Of a DNA stretch of 64,000 nucleotides, positions 26,040 to 38,905 are shown piece by piece. The DNA lies in assembly GCF_040938485.1 (NCBI RefSeq), contig NW_027271711.1:1302001-1366000 (forward strand), in the 5' to 3' direction. Within the stretch, counting starts at the first letter, position 1. Each line of letters begins with the position of its first letter. The notes beneath the pieces are model-generated. The model had not been told where the DNA came from. It saw only the letters and a program-made list of their open reading frames with translations, and searched no databases. The position numbers were made by a program, and so were the translations under genes. Source of the DNA: Diadema antillarum (Eukaryota).

Positions 26040-27400
26040 AAAGTCAGCAACCTAAATATGACCTTTAATCCTAAAAGAGATGGAACACTGAGGGACAGCA
26101 TCACCCAAAACAATAGGAGTTTAGACTTGACCATCATACAACCGAGTACAAAATTTACACAAAATCTGTCTCAATAGGGGCAGTCACACTGGAAAAAGAT
26201 CCAAAGTTTAAGATCGCGAAGTCCTCACCATCTTTTGTCTTCCAGTCACACTGGCAAAAGATCCAGAAGTTTGGCAGGGGTGGCATAGGGGGAAATATCC
26301 CTAGTTGGAGTGGGAAGTTTCATGAGAAGTTTTGCAGGAATTTTTGTGGGAAGTTGAGAGTCACACTGGCAAAACTTTGAGATCTTAAAGATCACAATTT
26401 TAACTTCTCAATCTTTTGCCAATCTGACCACACCACAAATGCCCTCTGTGTGTCATATACAAGACACCCATCAAAATATCACCTCTGACTCTTTAAAAGG
26501 CTGAACAGGGGGAGCCGCATTGCTAGAACAATAGGGGGCTGAATTTTACCTAGATGCATGTCCATATGTTTTCAAGAAAAAAACAAGACAAAACCATCAA
26601 GAACTGTGGATAGTACCTTTGACCCAATAAAAGGTAAATCACTGGGACCAGGACAGCCTAGGATATGACAATGATATACCTTCATGCAAAATTTGCACAA
26701 AATCCATCAAGAAATGTGGCCAGACGAGTGCAGACAATGAGACCCTTAAAAATCAACCATTTTGTGTACAGAGATGGGACAGGCAAGGGGCATTATTACC
26801 ATCAAAAGTTTTTTGAACAATACACTTCAATATTGAATATGAATAAAATTTCTCTAGAAACACCACCCAGAGGCCACACAGGAGACACCAACCAAAATGT
26901 GACTTTTAACCATATAAAAGGCAGAGCACTGAGGCCACAGCACCAAAAACAATTTGGAGTCCAAGTTTTACCATGATACACTTCAATCAACGTTTGGAAG
27001 AAAATTTAGAAAGAAATGTGCATTGTACAGAGTACACAATAAATAAAACACAGTGGCTGCCTTTGATGTTATAAAAAGCAAAATTTGGGACAGCATCACT
27101 GTAAATTATGGGGGCTCAGATTTGACTATGATAACCTCTGCACAAAACTTGATAAAATATATTTCAAAGAAATGTGATCAGTACAGTGCACACTCACAGA
27201 CTCTCTAAAACTCAACCTCTTTCAGTGCACAAAGATGAAAAAAGCAAGGTGCTACCAGTGAAAGTGTATGGGCAGCTAGATTTTTCAATGATGTCCTTCA
27301 ATATCTAGTTTGTAATAAAATTCATCAAGAAACATGGCCAGCCTTGCGCACAGAAAGTATGATGTCATGGCAGCAGTGCAGCAGTGATATAACACTGCTG
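26040..27400. mobile_element. Degenerate HINE-like repeat region with an embedded short repeat cluster (CAGTCACACTGG x3 at about 26180-26370)
   Basis: Recurring motifs TATGACCTTT, AAAATTTGCACAAAATCCATCAAGAAATGTGGCC and ATCAAGAAACATGGCC, similar to HINE cores elsewhere. Boundaries uncertain. Confidence 0.4.
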
Positions 27401-28340
27401 AATCCAAAGTACTTCAAGTACACATACAGGGGGATACACAAAAAATACTAATACATGTACATTACAGTCTTTGCAATAATCATCTCCGAATCTAAAATAA
27501 CATCAGTTGGTTTGCTTTTTAAGCAGTATTTTGAATAGGTTCTTTGTGACCAAATATTATCAACAAATTACCCTGCATAAGAATGGCATTATACAATGGC
27601 TGACATGAATAGATCCTGGACCCATGGCCACTGAGTGGTGAATGAATTAGCTCATTAGTTATATAATGATTGGACAAGTATTCATCCGATGATTAATGAA
27701 TGTGCACGTAGTCCAGTCTTGAAACTAAGAGTATATACAAAGTACTGTTAATTCCCTTGCTGTCCACACCTTGATTTATAAAAAGTTGAGTATGGAGGAC
27801 AAGAATTGGAAATTGAACATATACAAATGCTAACACCCATATCTGTTCTTGAAAAAAAAAAATGGTGTCAAAATGGTGTCCTGACACTCTCCATATTTTT
27901 TCCACATGCCAATTCTTTACAAGTAGGCTAAAGACAAGGCAAAAAGATGAGAACGAACTATGTCTTATTATCTCATATTTGAAGATTTCATCATATTCCT
28001 CTACAAAATAATAATTTCATAGCAGTGTCCAGCATTCTGCAGTTAAGTCCAAGCCTATTTGTCTATAAAAGTATTCCTGTGAATATGTTGATCTCACTAT
28101 TCCATACCATCATATCTTATTGCCATGATGGGCCCAGAGACTCTCTTTGTGTTTTGAGATAAGTAAAGAGTGCTTGCCGATTTCCTTGGCTTGGTTTACT
28201 TTGGCTTCAAGATGGAGGCTGCCTTTAGTCCATAAAAAATGCATGGATGAATTGAAGCTAAGATGAACTGCACTCTAAATCTCCAGGCCCGTAGCCAGGA
28301 TTTTTCAAGGGGGGGTGCGGTCACTAAAAAAATGGACCTT

Positions 28341-28477
28341 NNNNNNNNNNNNNNNNNNNNNNNNNNNNNNNNNNNNNNNNNNNNNNNNNNNNNNNNNNNN
28401 NNNNNNNNNNNNNNNNNNNNNNNNNNNNNNNNNNNNNNNNNNNNNNNNNNNNNNNNNNNNNNNNNNNNNNNNNNNNN
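28341..28477. other. Assembly gap (137 N)
   Basis: Run of N inside the TIR element. Confidence 0.99.
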
Positions 28478-28829
28478 AAAGTTGTATAAGAATTTGCGCG
28501 CGAAGCGCGCCGCAAATTGTGAATTTTGACTGTTTTAATGACGTTTTTAAATTCTCGAGGAAATTTGTATTTTTGTCTGTTGCATGCAATCGCGTTACGG
28601 TATTTCATCTAGGAAATAGTAAAAACTCATTTTGCCTGGAAGTTGCAAAGTTTAATTGTGTTCGAGACTCTGCGCGCATAGCGCGCCGCAAAATTGAGAA
28701 TAGTGATTTTCCTGGTGTTGTCTTAACTTTTATTTTTTCTATTGTATACCCGCGTTAGCAGGCCTGAAGCCAGGATTTTTAAAGGAAGGGGGGATTGCGT
28801 TAATTAACAAAACGGTCCTTTGATACTGT

Positions 28830-29157
28830 CCCGGGAGGGGTAGCGACAATTAAAAGGTGGACACCATGCTCATACATGGACTTTCAAAATGGCCCCTAAA
28901 CGAGTAATGATCATATGACTTTTTCGGGCCTTAAAAACAAGTATTCCTTAAATGTTTCCTGCACCCTAAAGAAGTACTTCATCATGATTGAACAATATAC
29001 CACTTTCCCAAATTTCGGCCTTTTTGATACCCTTTGATTATATACGCTCGTACATCACACTTTCCATCTAATCCGTGAGAAAAAACGACCCCTATTACGC
29101 GTTTTCTTTAGCGAGTATGGTCACGGTGTCCACCTTTCAGTTGGAGTTTTCCATCCC
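28830..29157. mobile_element. Nested MITE
   Basis: Perfect 13-bp inverted repeat AAAGGTGGACACC (from 28853) / GGTGTCCACCTTT (29125-29137), preceded by a CCCGGGAGGGG end. Confidence 0.6.
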
Positions 29158-29659
29158 ATTGGATGCTGTTTGGAAGATGAAACATTCACTTTACTATACA
29201 GTATATCAGCCGTTGGTATGCGAGTTTGTCAAAAACGAAAATAAATAAGAAAATTTTTAAAACAAAATGAATTGTAAATGTGAACCATTTATATTTTGCC
29301 TCCTTGTGGTAGGATATTTCCAGCATTTCCGAACTTTCAAATAATCATTTTAGATTTAATAATATTAAAGGTAGTAGATCCGATTCACAAACATCTCCAA
29401 TATCAGTCAAATGTCATATTAACCATCATGCTAAGAAGGTTTTCTTTGTGAAATTTGGAGGTCAGTGAAATTCAAAAATTAAACATCCGTTAGCCATTGG
29501 AAGAAGTTGAGTGCAAATTCAGACCTCAGGCTTAGTGCTCAGATGTTTTCCTATTTGATTTGATCTGTCTTACTGTGCACACTAAGATACATACTGGAAT
29601 GGTTATTTCTTATTTATTAAATTATAGTAGCATATTTGGTTACTAGCTGTCTCTAGGCA

Positions 29660-30620
29660 TTTTCGAATTTGGGCTGCAAAGAGATCCACTACCTTTAAGT
29701 TAGAAGAGAGATAAGTAAATAATGATAAAATAAACAAACAAAAAAGAATGAGTTTCTTTTGTAATACTATCTGACAAACTTTTTACTTTACCATTTTACT
29801 TCATAGCTCAGCACTTTCCATTCTCTCTCATACCCTCTTACCCATTACATTTAAATGAAATACAACTAAAATGAGTTTGCGTGCCTGCATAATACTCTTT
29901 GGAAATCATAAGTGAGAATGTTTTTAGGTTTTGGCTCACTTTAAAATGAGAACCAATAGAACTGTCACAACATGAGAAAATGTATAAGTAATAATCGACA
30001 GTACATTTCCGAATTTGGCCTGCAAAGAAATCCGCTACCTGTAAGTTAGTAAAGAGATTAGTAAATAATGATAAAATAAACAACAAAAAAGAATGAGTTT
30101 CTACCGCCGTATCCAGAACAGAGCCTGAAACGGTGCAGGCTCAAGAAATCGTTTGTACTAATACGTCTTGAAGTACTGTGTGATACTGTTGACTCAGACT
30201 TCTACAAAGCTGTAAGTGAGAATTTTAACCCAATCCGGCTCATTACCTGTGTTTTTTATGAAAAATATGAATAAAGAATGTGAATTAAATAACGACGCGT
30301 CACAATGCAGTCTAACGCTCTCACAATGTTATCATACATAGGGTTTTTCCCTAGCTGTTTTTACTCCGGAGCTCTTGCAATATTCAGGCTTTTGTAATAC
30401 TATCTGACAAACTTTTTACTTTACCATTTTACTTCATAGCTCAGCATTCTCTCTCATACCCTCTTACCCATTACATTTAAATGAAATACAACTAAATTGA
30501 GCTTGCGTGCCTGCATAATACTCTTTGGAAATTATAAGTGAGAATGTTCGTAGGTTTTGGCTCACTTCAAAATGAGAACCAATCGAACTGTCACAACATG
30601 AGAAAATGTATAACTAATAG
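29660..30620. repeat. About 340-bp tandem duplication whose second unit is split by a 290-bp insertion
   Basis: A (29660-29757) B (29758-30000) A' (30003-30101), insertion (30102-30388), B' (30389-30620). The insertion carries imperfect GCCTGAA...TTCAGGC inverted ends. Confidence 0.8.
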
Positions 30621-31681
30621 AGAACTGGAGTAAGACAGGCCTTTCATTTTGTTTTGTCTCTCCTGATCGTTCGTAAGAAATGCTAATTCATGACCACCTT
30701 TTCACAATTTGATTGGAGCATGCATTCATAATGGAAAATAGTTGACATAATAATATATCCCCAGGCATTATCATGCCAACATGTACTTATATGTACATGT
30801 ACTATATCTTTGTGAGACGTAGATGTAAAATGTCTCAGGTTTTCGATTATAGTAATTTCGAGGAAATTTCTTTAATTTTTATCATATCTTTTTATATGTA
30901 AACTTGAGGCTATTAGATTTTCATCCACTTACCTCTGTTCCTGTGAAAAAATGCAAGTGTCAACCTCAATGTCATCCACGAATCGCATGTACTCGGGCGG
31001 CCAGTGGAAAAAAAAAAACACCGGTCACACGCGCCAAGGGCCATGGCATGCAGTGCCAATATAATAATAGCTCGCACAAATTGATACATAACATTTGTGT
31101 TTGTGTGCATGGGGACGATCCGATGGTTCATACAACAAAAGGGTTTCGTACAATTATTTTTAACATTGTTAAACGTACTCTTCCACATTTACGTAGCATA
31201 TAATGTGTCTTTATATTTATTTGGATTGTTATCTTGAGAATTGCTAAAAACCGTTATTATGAAAAAGTGGACCTTTCAGAATTTGGGGGGGTGCGTACGC
31301 ATCCCGACGCACCCCCCCTGGCTACGGGCCTGATCTCTGTCATGAGCTGATTGATAATTCACATGGTTCGTGAGATGAACAGAAGGTAGAAAAAGATCAG
31401 ACTGAGTGAAAAAGGAAGAGTTTGGAAAAATCTTGGGTTTTGTCAAACTATCACATGTATGTTGATGCACTCAGGACTGTACAGAGTCTAATCTCATATG
31501 AGGTCCATCACATTGTCTGCCCACATTGTCTGCCCTCAATGTCTCTGTGACACTTTACACACAGTAGCCCTAACATTTGTATCAGCATGAACATTGTGGC
31601 AGCATGATTGTCTCTGTGACATATTTGTTTCCTGAATCATGACAGCATTTCATACCAAAAACTCTACGTATAATATATAAT

Positions 31682-31927
31682 AATATATCGTGCTTTACAG
31701 TATGATGTCTCATACTGTAAAGCACGATATATTCGCAGCATGAAATTTTCATGAATTGGGGCTGAGGGGCTTTTTGGCAGCATGAAATTTTTGTGTATTG
31801 CCACTTGCATTCAAACGCATATACTAGTGAAGACAAGAACTATCGCGAGCATTTCAAATTTGCGAATCTTGGCTCTCGCAAAATTCGAAAAATTAAAATG
31901 CGCGCAAACATTCCTTGTTTTACAGTA
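31682..31927. mobile_element. TA-flanked TACTGTA...TACAGTA MITE ends (Tc1/mariner-pogo type), including a perfect 24-bp hairpin
   Basis: 31682-31705 and 31710-31733 are exact reverse complements. 31830-31927 is the reverse complement of the family at 39825-39966 (TACTGTAAAAC(A/G)AGGAATGTT). Confidence 0.65.
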
Positions 31928-32519
31928 TCTGGAGGAAATGTCATTGCTGGAACACAAATCATACTTAATTTTCTGTGGCAGATTGTAAGCAACACTGACT
32001 CCTTTCTGCAGTTAAGGAAGGAAGGGTGACTTGAATGTTGGATAAACTGTATTATTTGTGCATTTAAGCAAGCCATAGCATGGCAACTCAGTTTGAGTTG
32101 ACTGAAAATGTATTCAACGTGCAACCTGTGACACCATCTTTTGAACTAATGGCAACATGTGAATTCAGAGGCAAACACAGACAATAGAGCTTTTGTTCAT
32201 GGCTTCCACTGGTATTCACATTATTATAATTATTATTAGTACCTACTGCTTACACTACAATGGCTTATAGCAAGCATCCTTGTGAATAGTAAAAATGCAG
32301 GTGTACATCAGTGGATGATTAAGCGCTAACAACAGCAATCCTAAACATGGCTTCTCGTTATATTGCCCAGTAATGCTGTCACACAGCCATGATAAGGAGG
32401 TTCTTTTTATGAAAGTCATAATGTGTGTAATACCACTTTTTACAGGAAATCACAATGTAAGTCATTGACCAAGCATTCAACTATACTCTCAACAGAGAAG
32501 TTAAATTTTTGTGAAGAAC

Positions 32520-32894
32520 TACAGCATTATACAGGCCATGTTTCTCATCAATCCAGTATTTGCCTGGACAGAATATGACCACCGTATTCATCAATGCAGC
32601 TTGGGCACTGCCTGGCACACTGTATCCCATTTAAAGACTAATCTACTAAACATTGACAGTAAGAGTAGTATGACAGAGGAGAGTCTGGATGGAATTGTTG
32701 AGATACATAGCTCTGACTTATTCCACTACAAACAATCTGACAAGTTTAGAGTCATTATTTGTTCATTTTGTTTTGTTTTTTTCTCTTTTGCTGTTTTAGT
32801 AAATACTATTGATTTCTTGTATTTTGTTAAAAGTGACAAAGCACTATGAGTCTGTACAGAAAAGGCGGTATATAAATGTTGGTTATTATTATTA
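32520..32894 (+). mobile_element. L2-like LINE 3' end, degenerate
   Basis: Frameshifted AAWALP / SHLKTNLL resemble L2 'LWNxLP / FKxxLKTxLF'. The 3' tail AAGCACTATGAG...AAAGGCGGTATATAAAT followed by (TTA)n is L2-like. Confidence 0.5.
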
Positions 32895-34564
32895 CATAGT
32901 ATGTCTTTTTCATATGAACAAGTACTGACAACAGAGTTGAAGTAGGGCCCTATACTATTCTACTACAAAACTGTTCATACACATTCAAATTGCTCTACTA
33001 CTCAGTATATCTTGCAGAGTTCTGCGGGACTATGATGTTCATGGTCATTAATGATTATCTATGGCATTGATGGCAAAGTCAGCATTTCTAATAACAGAGG
33101 TTGTATATAAATAACACATATCAACTGGCCCCTACTTCATGACTCATAGCATTAAAACTTACTGTAGTACTATAAATTCTGTAGCTTTCTCCGTATTTCA
33201 CATTTGAAGAAATGGAATAGGAAGAAAGATTAACAAATGATAGATGAATAGGTGGTTACATAGATGGATAGATTCATATCTCTAAGCACAAAACAAAAAG
33301 GAATAAAATGACCTTTTAATCAAGCTTTCCATTTCCAAGGCTTACTGGGTATCAAGACAAGCTGCTTTCTGGGATGACTTCATTACTGCAATACAAGGGC
33401 TGGTATTATATTTTGTATTTTCATCTGCAGTCTGCCGATTGTGCCACCAAAGATCAGGTATAGGGTTGCAAATTTTATTAGAAGAGATGACTTTGAGACA
33501 GACTCAGGAACTGTGCTCAACAGATGGAGGGGGCTGGCAAGGGATCAATTGCAATACACACACTGACACCTCACCCTCCTTGGGCCCACGGAGACAAGGA
33601 AAGGGGAAATGAAAGATACACATACAGAGAGGGCAGGGACTGTAGAGATTCAACAAGACATCAAAAGTACAGAGAAGGTTGTCCATGATTTAAACCAAAA
33701 CACAGTCGACTGGATCAGACAAAGATAAGGCGGGATGGCTAACGATTATGACAATTGCCTCAGTTACCGATCAATTTGCTCATTTTTTAGACACGTGTAT
33801 ATGGCAGGGCATGACAATGGCACACGGCAGCTTTCCAGGGGCAAGTGAAAATATACAAATACTCAAAATTTATTTTTCAGACTGGGTAAGAAAAATTTTT
33901 ATTGTAAAATGAGGGGGAGATTCAAAAAATAAAGTCTTCTCAAAAGTGAGCCAACTATGTGTAAAATGTGTTCATATTACAATGTCGTTCTTCTACATGT
34001 CAACTTCCAGCTACCAAATAAAAACTTAATGGCTGACTTTGGTAATTTCTGTCTGCAGAACTTTTTTTTTTTTGGGGGGGGGGGAGGGGAGATAATCTAG
34101 TCTCTGACATGACAAACCAGATTCTCAGCTCATAATGGAATTCTTTTGTATCAACTACATTTAACATAAAACTGTTTGCCAACATATGGTAAAAAATACA
34201 TTTCTGAAGTATCTATTTTGTTACTGACAGTAATAGTTTATACTTTTTGTACATTACTTTGCTTGGAACAAGTTGCCTGTGAGGTAAATGCAAGAAGACA
34301 ATGTAATTCTCCATGAAAAAAAAAAGTTGTTTGATGCTACAGAAAATGCCAACATCTTTTACTGACATTTGGAGGACAACAGATGTATCTCATGGACAGA
34401 CCACAACAAATCAATGGCCATCCCATTGGGGTACATTTCTGATCAATAGACTTCCTTGATGTGATGGCCCACCAACTGCAATGAGATGGTGTGCTGTTAG
34501 CAGCAGGCTTGAGTTCTGTTAGATTGTATGTTTGCAACCTCTCTCAGCCTTTCCTATCACTCTC

Positions 34565-34643
34565 TTAACCCGTTCAGGACGAGTCCCAAGCATCTATGGA
34601 AAATGTGTGTTGTAGCAAAATCAAACCGTCCTCAATGGGTTGA
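34565..34643. mobile_element. Tiny piggyBac-type MITE, degenerate copy
   Basis: TTAA-CCCGTTCAGGACGAG ... CCGTCCTCAATGGG-TTGA; homologous to 62903-62995 but lacking the central palindrome. Confidence 0.75.
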
Positions 34644-34939
34644 TTCATCAGTATTTGAAAGCATATCTTTGGTGAAGAAATATAATGGCACTAAGAAGTA
34701 AGAACTGTAACTTGTCAACGTAACAGTATTTTTTTTTTTTTTACAAGCATTACAGAATGTTGTAAATTAGTTGGTTCGATGAAGTTTTGAGTATTTGCTT
34801 GAAGAAAATCCTGGGCCTGATATTAACCTTTAGACAGTTTTGACCTCGAAGTAGCCTCCCTGGGATGCCCCCTTGAAAGGTTTATCAGTCAAGAAATGGG
34901 GTTACCTGAACAATTGTTGTGGACAACTTATCAGCTTTC

Positions 34940-35110
34940 CCTCATGTAGGTATCTACAATATCTACAATTGTTTGGAGATGTCTCAGAAGTCGCCCTGGA
35001 GTCACCTTCTTGGTGAGAGTGCAAGCCATTTTTTGGTGACTGATCAGTTGCGGCAGTCACAGCGACATCTCCTCCAGTGAGATATGCCCTTTCAATAAAC
35101 TTTGAGTATT
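34940..35110. repeat. Unclassified dispersed repeat, copy 1 (copy 2 at about 40030-40190)
   Basis: Shared CCCTGGAGTCACCTTCTTGGTGA(G/C)AG..CAAG(C/T)CATTTTTTG...AGTCACAGC(G/A)ACAT(C/T)TCCTCCAG; the two minus-strand ORFs share HQEGDSR. Confidence 0.7.
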
Positions 35111-36707
35111 TATCATGAGAAATTAAAGTACCATAACACAAGCATGAAAAAAAAAAAACCCTCTATGTGTTTTTCCTATAGTGCTGCTAAAGTGCCTTAA
35201 ATAGATAATAACTCAGTATATTGTGTGAACTCCCAGCTTTCTACTAATGTCTAAAATGCCATATTTGAGTTTTCCTAATAAATCTGTAACTATAACAATG
35301 ACAGATGACAATTGATAGATGAAGGACAAAGTGATATCAATCATTCACATGTACTTTTGTATTTTTGCCATGGGTAAAGATTATTACATTCCAGTCAAAA
35401 TATTACTTTGTCAGGGATATTGGCTAAGAAACCACTGAAACACATGACAAAGTTCAATTACAAGCAGACAGATTGTATGTTAGACGGTAATTGATATGAC
35501 TGCAATGAGCTAAGTGCAATCATTACTGATCATTATAGGTTTGTTGTAGCAATGTCCAGGATTCCATTCCTTGTCACACATACACACACACATGCACACA
35601 CATAATATGCAAACTAAGCAAATAGATAATGTCATACATTACTAGATTTTAGATCACTACAAACAAAACCCAGAACCAAGCAGACCAAAAGCCATTATTG
35701 CACATGACAAGTATGGTAAACATACCTCAGGAGCAGGTGTATATTTTGTTCTCGCAAATTCTGTTGTCCTGTAGCATGTCCTTGTCACATGGAGTTGAAC
35801 TAAGGTCATTATGAACAACAGACACACAGTACCAAAAGACGACTCATATATAATGCTATTTAATCCAGCTTAAGCAATGCTTTTTATTTTTTTTTTCCTT
35901 TTTTCTCAATATATTTCTCTTCCACAACTATTCTAGTCATTCTAAATTAAGCGAAGCAATATCAAATCCACTTTCAAAATTACTAGATTAAGATAATATG
36001 TGTGTGTGTACACACCATTCCCATTCACCCAAACAATGTAACAAAGGGTTGGCACAAACAGGGTTTGTAAATGACTCTGCAAACAAAAAAATCTGGATGC
36101 AAAGTGCTGTACAAACAAGTGAGTCTATTCCTGTGAATCCTGCCTGTATTCTAATGAAGGCTCATCATCTTATTTTATGAAGTAAATGTACATAACACAT
36201 TTATTACCCATCCCATTTCATTATCAAAAGCAGCAGTAATAACAACTAACAACAGTCAATTCAAAGGAGAGAAGAGGTGATATCAAGTAGGCAAGTGGAG
36301 GCAAGGAGGTGAACTAGGACAAGTGAAGATAGTATGAAGTTGGAGACTAGTGGACTTCAAATGAAAGAGACGAGAGAGGACAGAATAAATACCAAGTATC
36401 ATCTAGTACTGCTGTATGTCAGTGGATGTGTAAGTTTTTTATGATTTTGAAGAAATATTCAGAGAAATGCCACCTGCTGTCACACATGATACATATGAAA
36501 GGGTAACGTAAATAGTAAGTGTAAGGCACACCCCAACTTTGAATATTTTCAGGACAAAAAAGTGTGCCTTATATGAGTTTTGTGGTTCATCATTTCATGC
36601 TTGAGTATGATAGCTATTACATTGTATTTTAAAAGTAAATAATTATACTTACAAAGTATCATGCTAATTGGGATTACCAAAAGAAATTGAAAAGCTGATC
36701 TATGATG

Positions 36708-37687
36708 AAACTAGAAATGCCGCTATGGGAACTGATATGCCTCTGCCATATCACATTATTCTCTCACAGGTCTGTTGTACATCTTGACAGTGTGAGACCA
36801 CAGTTTCACATGATAGGTAATAAATTGAAATGGCATGTTTGAAAGTTTGATGGCACAACCACAAATATGTTTAGTATTTATACATTTCTTGAACCAGACT
36901 TCATTTGCATGACTAAATCTTTTTCAGAGAGCAAGTATTTGGGAATTTGAACATTTTCACTTGAACTTTGACCCTTGGCCAATCTTTCTTCAAGTAATCA
37001 CTAACTAGTAATATCCAGTTTTCATGGCAATGCTTTGAGCTATTTTAAAAATATGGGAAAGAATAGTGGCAATTGAACATTATCACTCTCTGACCCACCC
37101 AAATCTTTCCTTACAGAATCATTGTACGTATATGTAGTTTAATTAAGTGTTGGCACTGAGTAATTTTTAAAGTATGGAGAAAATTGTGTAATTTCAGCAC
37201 TATATAGCAGATTTTTTTTCAGCTGACCTTTGACCCAGTGACCTCCAAACTCCAAAGAGAATCATTGTCATTATGCAATATTCTAAGTTTCATGAAAATA
37301 ACTTGGGCTACTTCCAAAATATGGAGAAAGAATAAATCTTAGCATTTTCCTTGACCTTTGACCTTGGGATTTTGACTCCATGGCCAAAAACTTTGCCTAG
37401 AGAATCTTTACTTGGTGATACATTTATATACTAAGTTTCATGTAAATACCTTCACACATTGCAGAGATATTGCAAAAATTGTGAAATTTTAAGAATTTGT
37501 CCCTGACCTTTGATCTTGAGCATCCAAAAGTTGATAAGCACAACTATGTCCACTCAAATACATATGGCAAGTTTCATTTCACTCAAAGTTACGCTATCAA
37601 CAAAATTGATTATGGATGAAACGACAGACAGACGGATGGACAGACAACCTGTCCTCCAGTGACACTTCCAATGCGGAGTCATAAAAA
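36708..37687 (-). mobile_element. Helentron/HINE non-autonomous element, near complete
   Basis: AAACTAGAAATGCCGC...TATGCCTCTGCC at one end. GACAGACAGACGGATGGACAGAC microsatellite, then GCGGAGTCATAAAAA (inverted subterminal repeat, A-rich target) at the other. Confidence 0.8.
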
Positions 37688-38039
37688 CAAACTATCAAAT
37701 TACAAGTTTCTTTAAGATGACTGCTGTAAATACAGAAAAAGGTACATACAAGGCCCATTCACACAGCCACCAACAATCATGATTTTTGTGTTGTGATTCT
37801 AATCACAATGCAAAAGCCCTTCTTTTTATGTGCATGGACATAGTATACAAATATTGACTGCTCATTAGGATGAAATGCCTCGGGGTGATGGAAGGGTCAG
37901 TATGAAAAGCACCTTGGGAATGATAATTTCCACCACCATCTGAATACAGAGCAGTTAATATTTGTTTTATATACCTCATCGTTTAACACTTAACCAACAT
38001 CTAGGGCTAGGCAAATACAAAGTAAATTCTAACTGTTAG

Positions 38040-38640
38040 GCCTAAACGTTAGCCCTAAAATCAGGCCACAGCCTGCGCTTGCTTGGATGGTTTTCGTGCA
38101 TTTCGTAGACTACCCAGTACGCACGGTACTCACTCACAGTTAAAGTCACACGGCCTTCGGCGAGCTCCTGCATAAAATCTTGGCAGAAGATTACAGTAGG
38201 GCCTATACATCCAGTTTCCCGTCGCTCGTGTTTTAATTTGATATTTCCAACATGCTGAGATTTGTCTCTGCTTCAGGATCCTAAGAAATCCTAAAGACAA
38301 AGTGTACGATCTTTGATCCAGCTCACTTCAAATCACGGAGGAGCGCTCGATCACCATGTCACGTTGAAACATGCCTGCTGTGCGCTATCCAGTGCGATGA
38401 TTTTGCATGTGTTTATACGATGCACGTAGTGAACGTCCTTGGAGGGGTTGCGGACACCGCGCGCCAAGTCTAGTGTACCTGTTATGTGTACAAAAGTCGC
38501 GGAGGGTTTACGAATTCTATCACGAGGGTTTTGCCTTTCTATCACTTATATGAAAAGCCTAAGGCAAGATAGACGGGACTACACCTTGTCACGTGATATA
38601 CTTTTGACCAATCAGTGATACGAATCTCACTTATGAGGTA
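38040..38640 (-). promoter_or_regulatory. CpG-rich promoter-like island with a candidate first exon (donors at 38137 and 38133)
   Basis: About 30 CpG in about 580 bp by hand count, far above the flanks. GTCACGTGA E-box (CACGTG at 38590-38595) next to GACCAATCAG CCAAT box (38608-38612). Minus-strand ATG at 38173 followed by ACT|GTGA|GTGAGT. No TIR or TSD seen. Confidence 0.5.
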
Positions 38641-38905
38641 TATAATAATCATTAGCACTAGTATTAGTGAAATTCAAATTGCTATCCACACAACCCTGAA
38701 AGTGTGACATTTCTGAACCAGTCACTATGTTTGCACTGCACAGCATGCACAGAAGGGTGTGCATATTTTGTATAAAGTCTGTACATGTCATTAAAACCAT
38801 TTAGAGCAAATGGCCACCTTCTTCATACAATAACTTTTAAGTGTGTAACCTGTCACACAAAACATGATGCCACTACTCTCCCAGTAGTGGCCACCACACC
38901 ATTTT

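Larger units (their letters stand above)
28284..31332. mobile_element. 3.05-kb non-autonomous TIR element with a 5-bp TSD, containing nested insertions
   Basis: Perfect 16-bp TIR CAGGCCCGTAGCCAGG / CCTGGCTACGGGCCTG flanked on both sides by ATCTC. Shared subterminal motifs (GGGGGGTGCG, AAAAA(A/G)TGGACCTT) at both ends. Confidence 0.7.
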
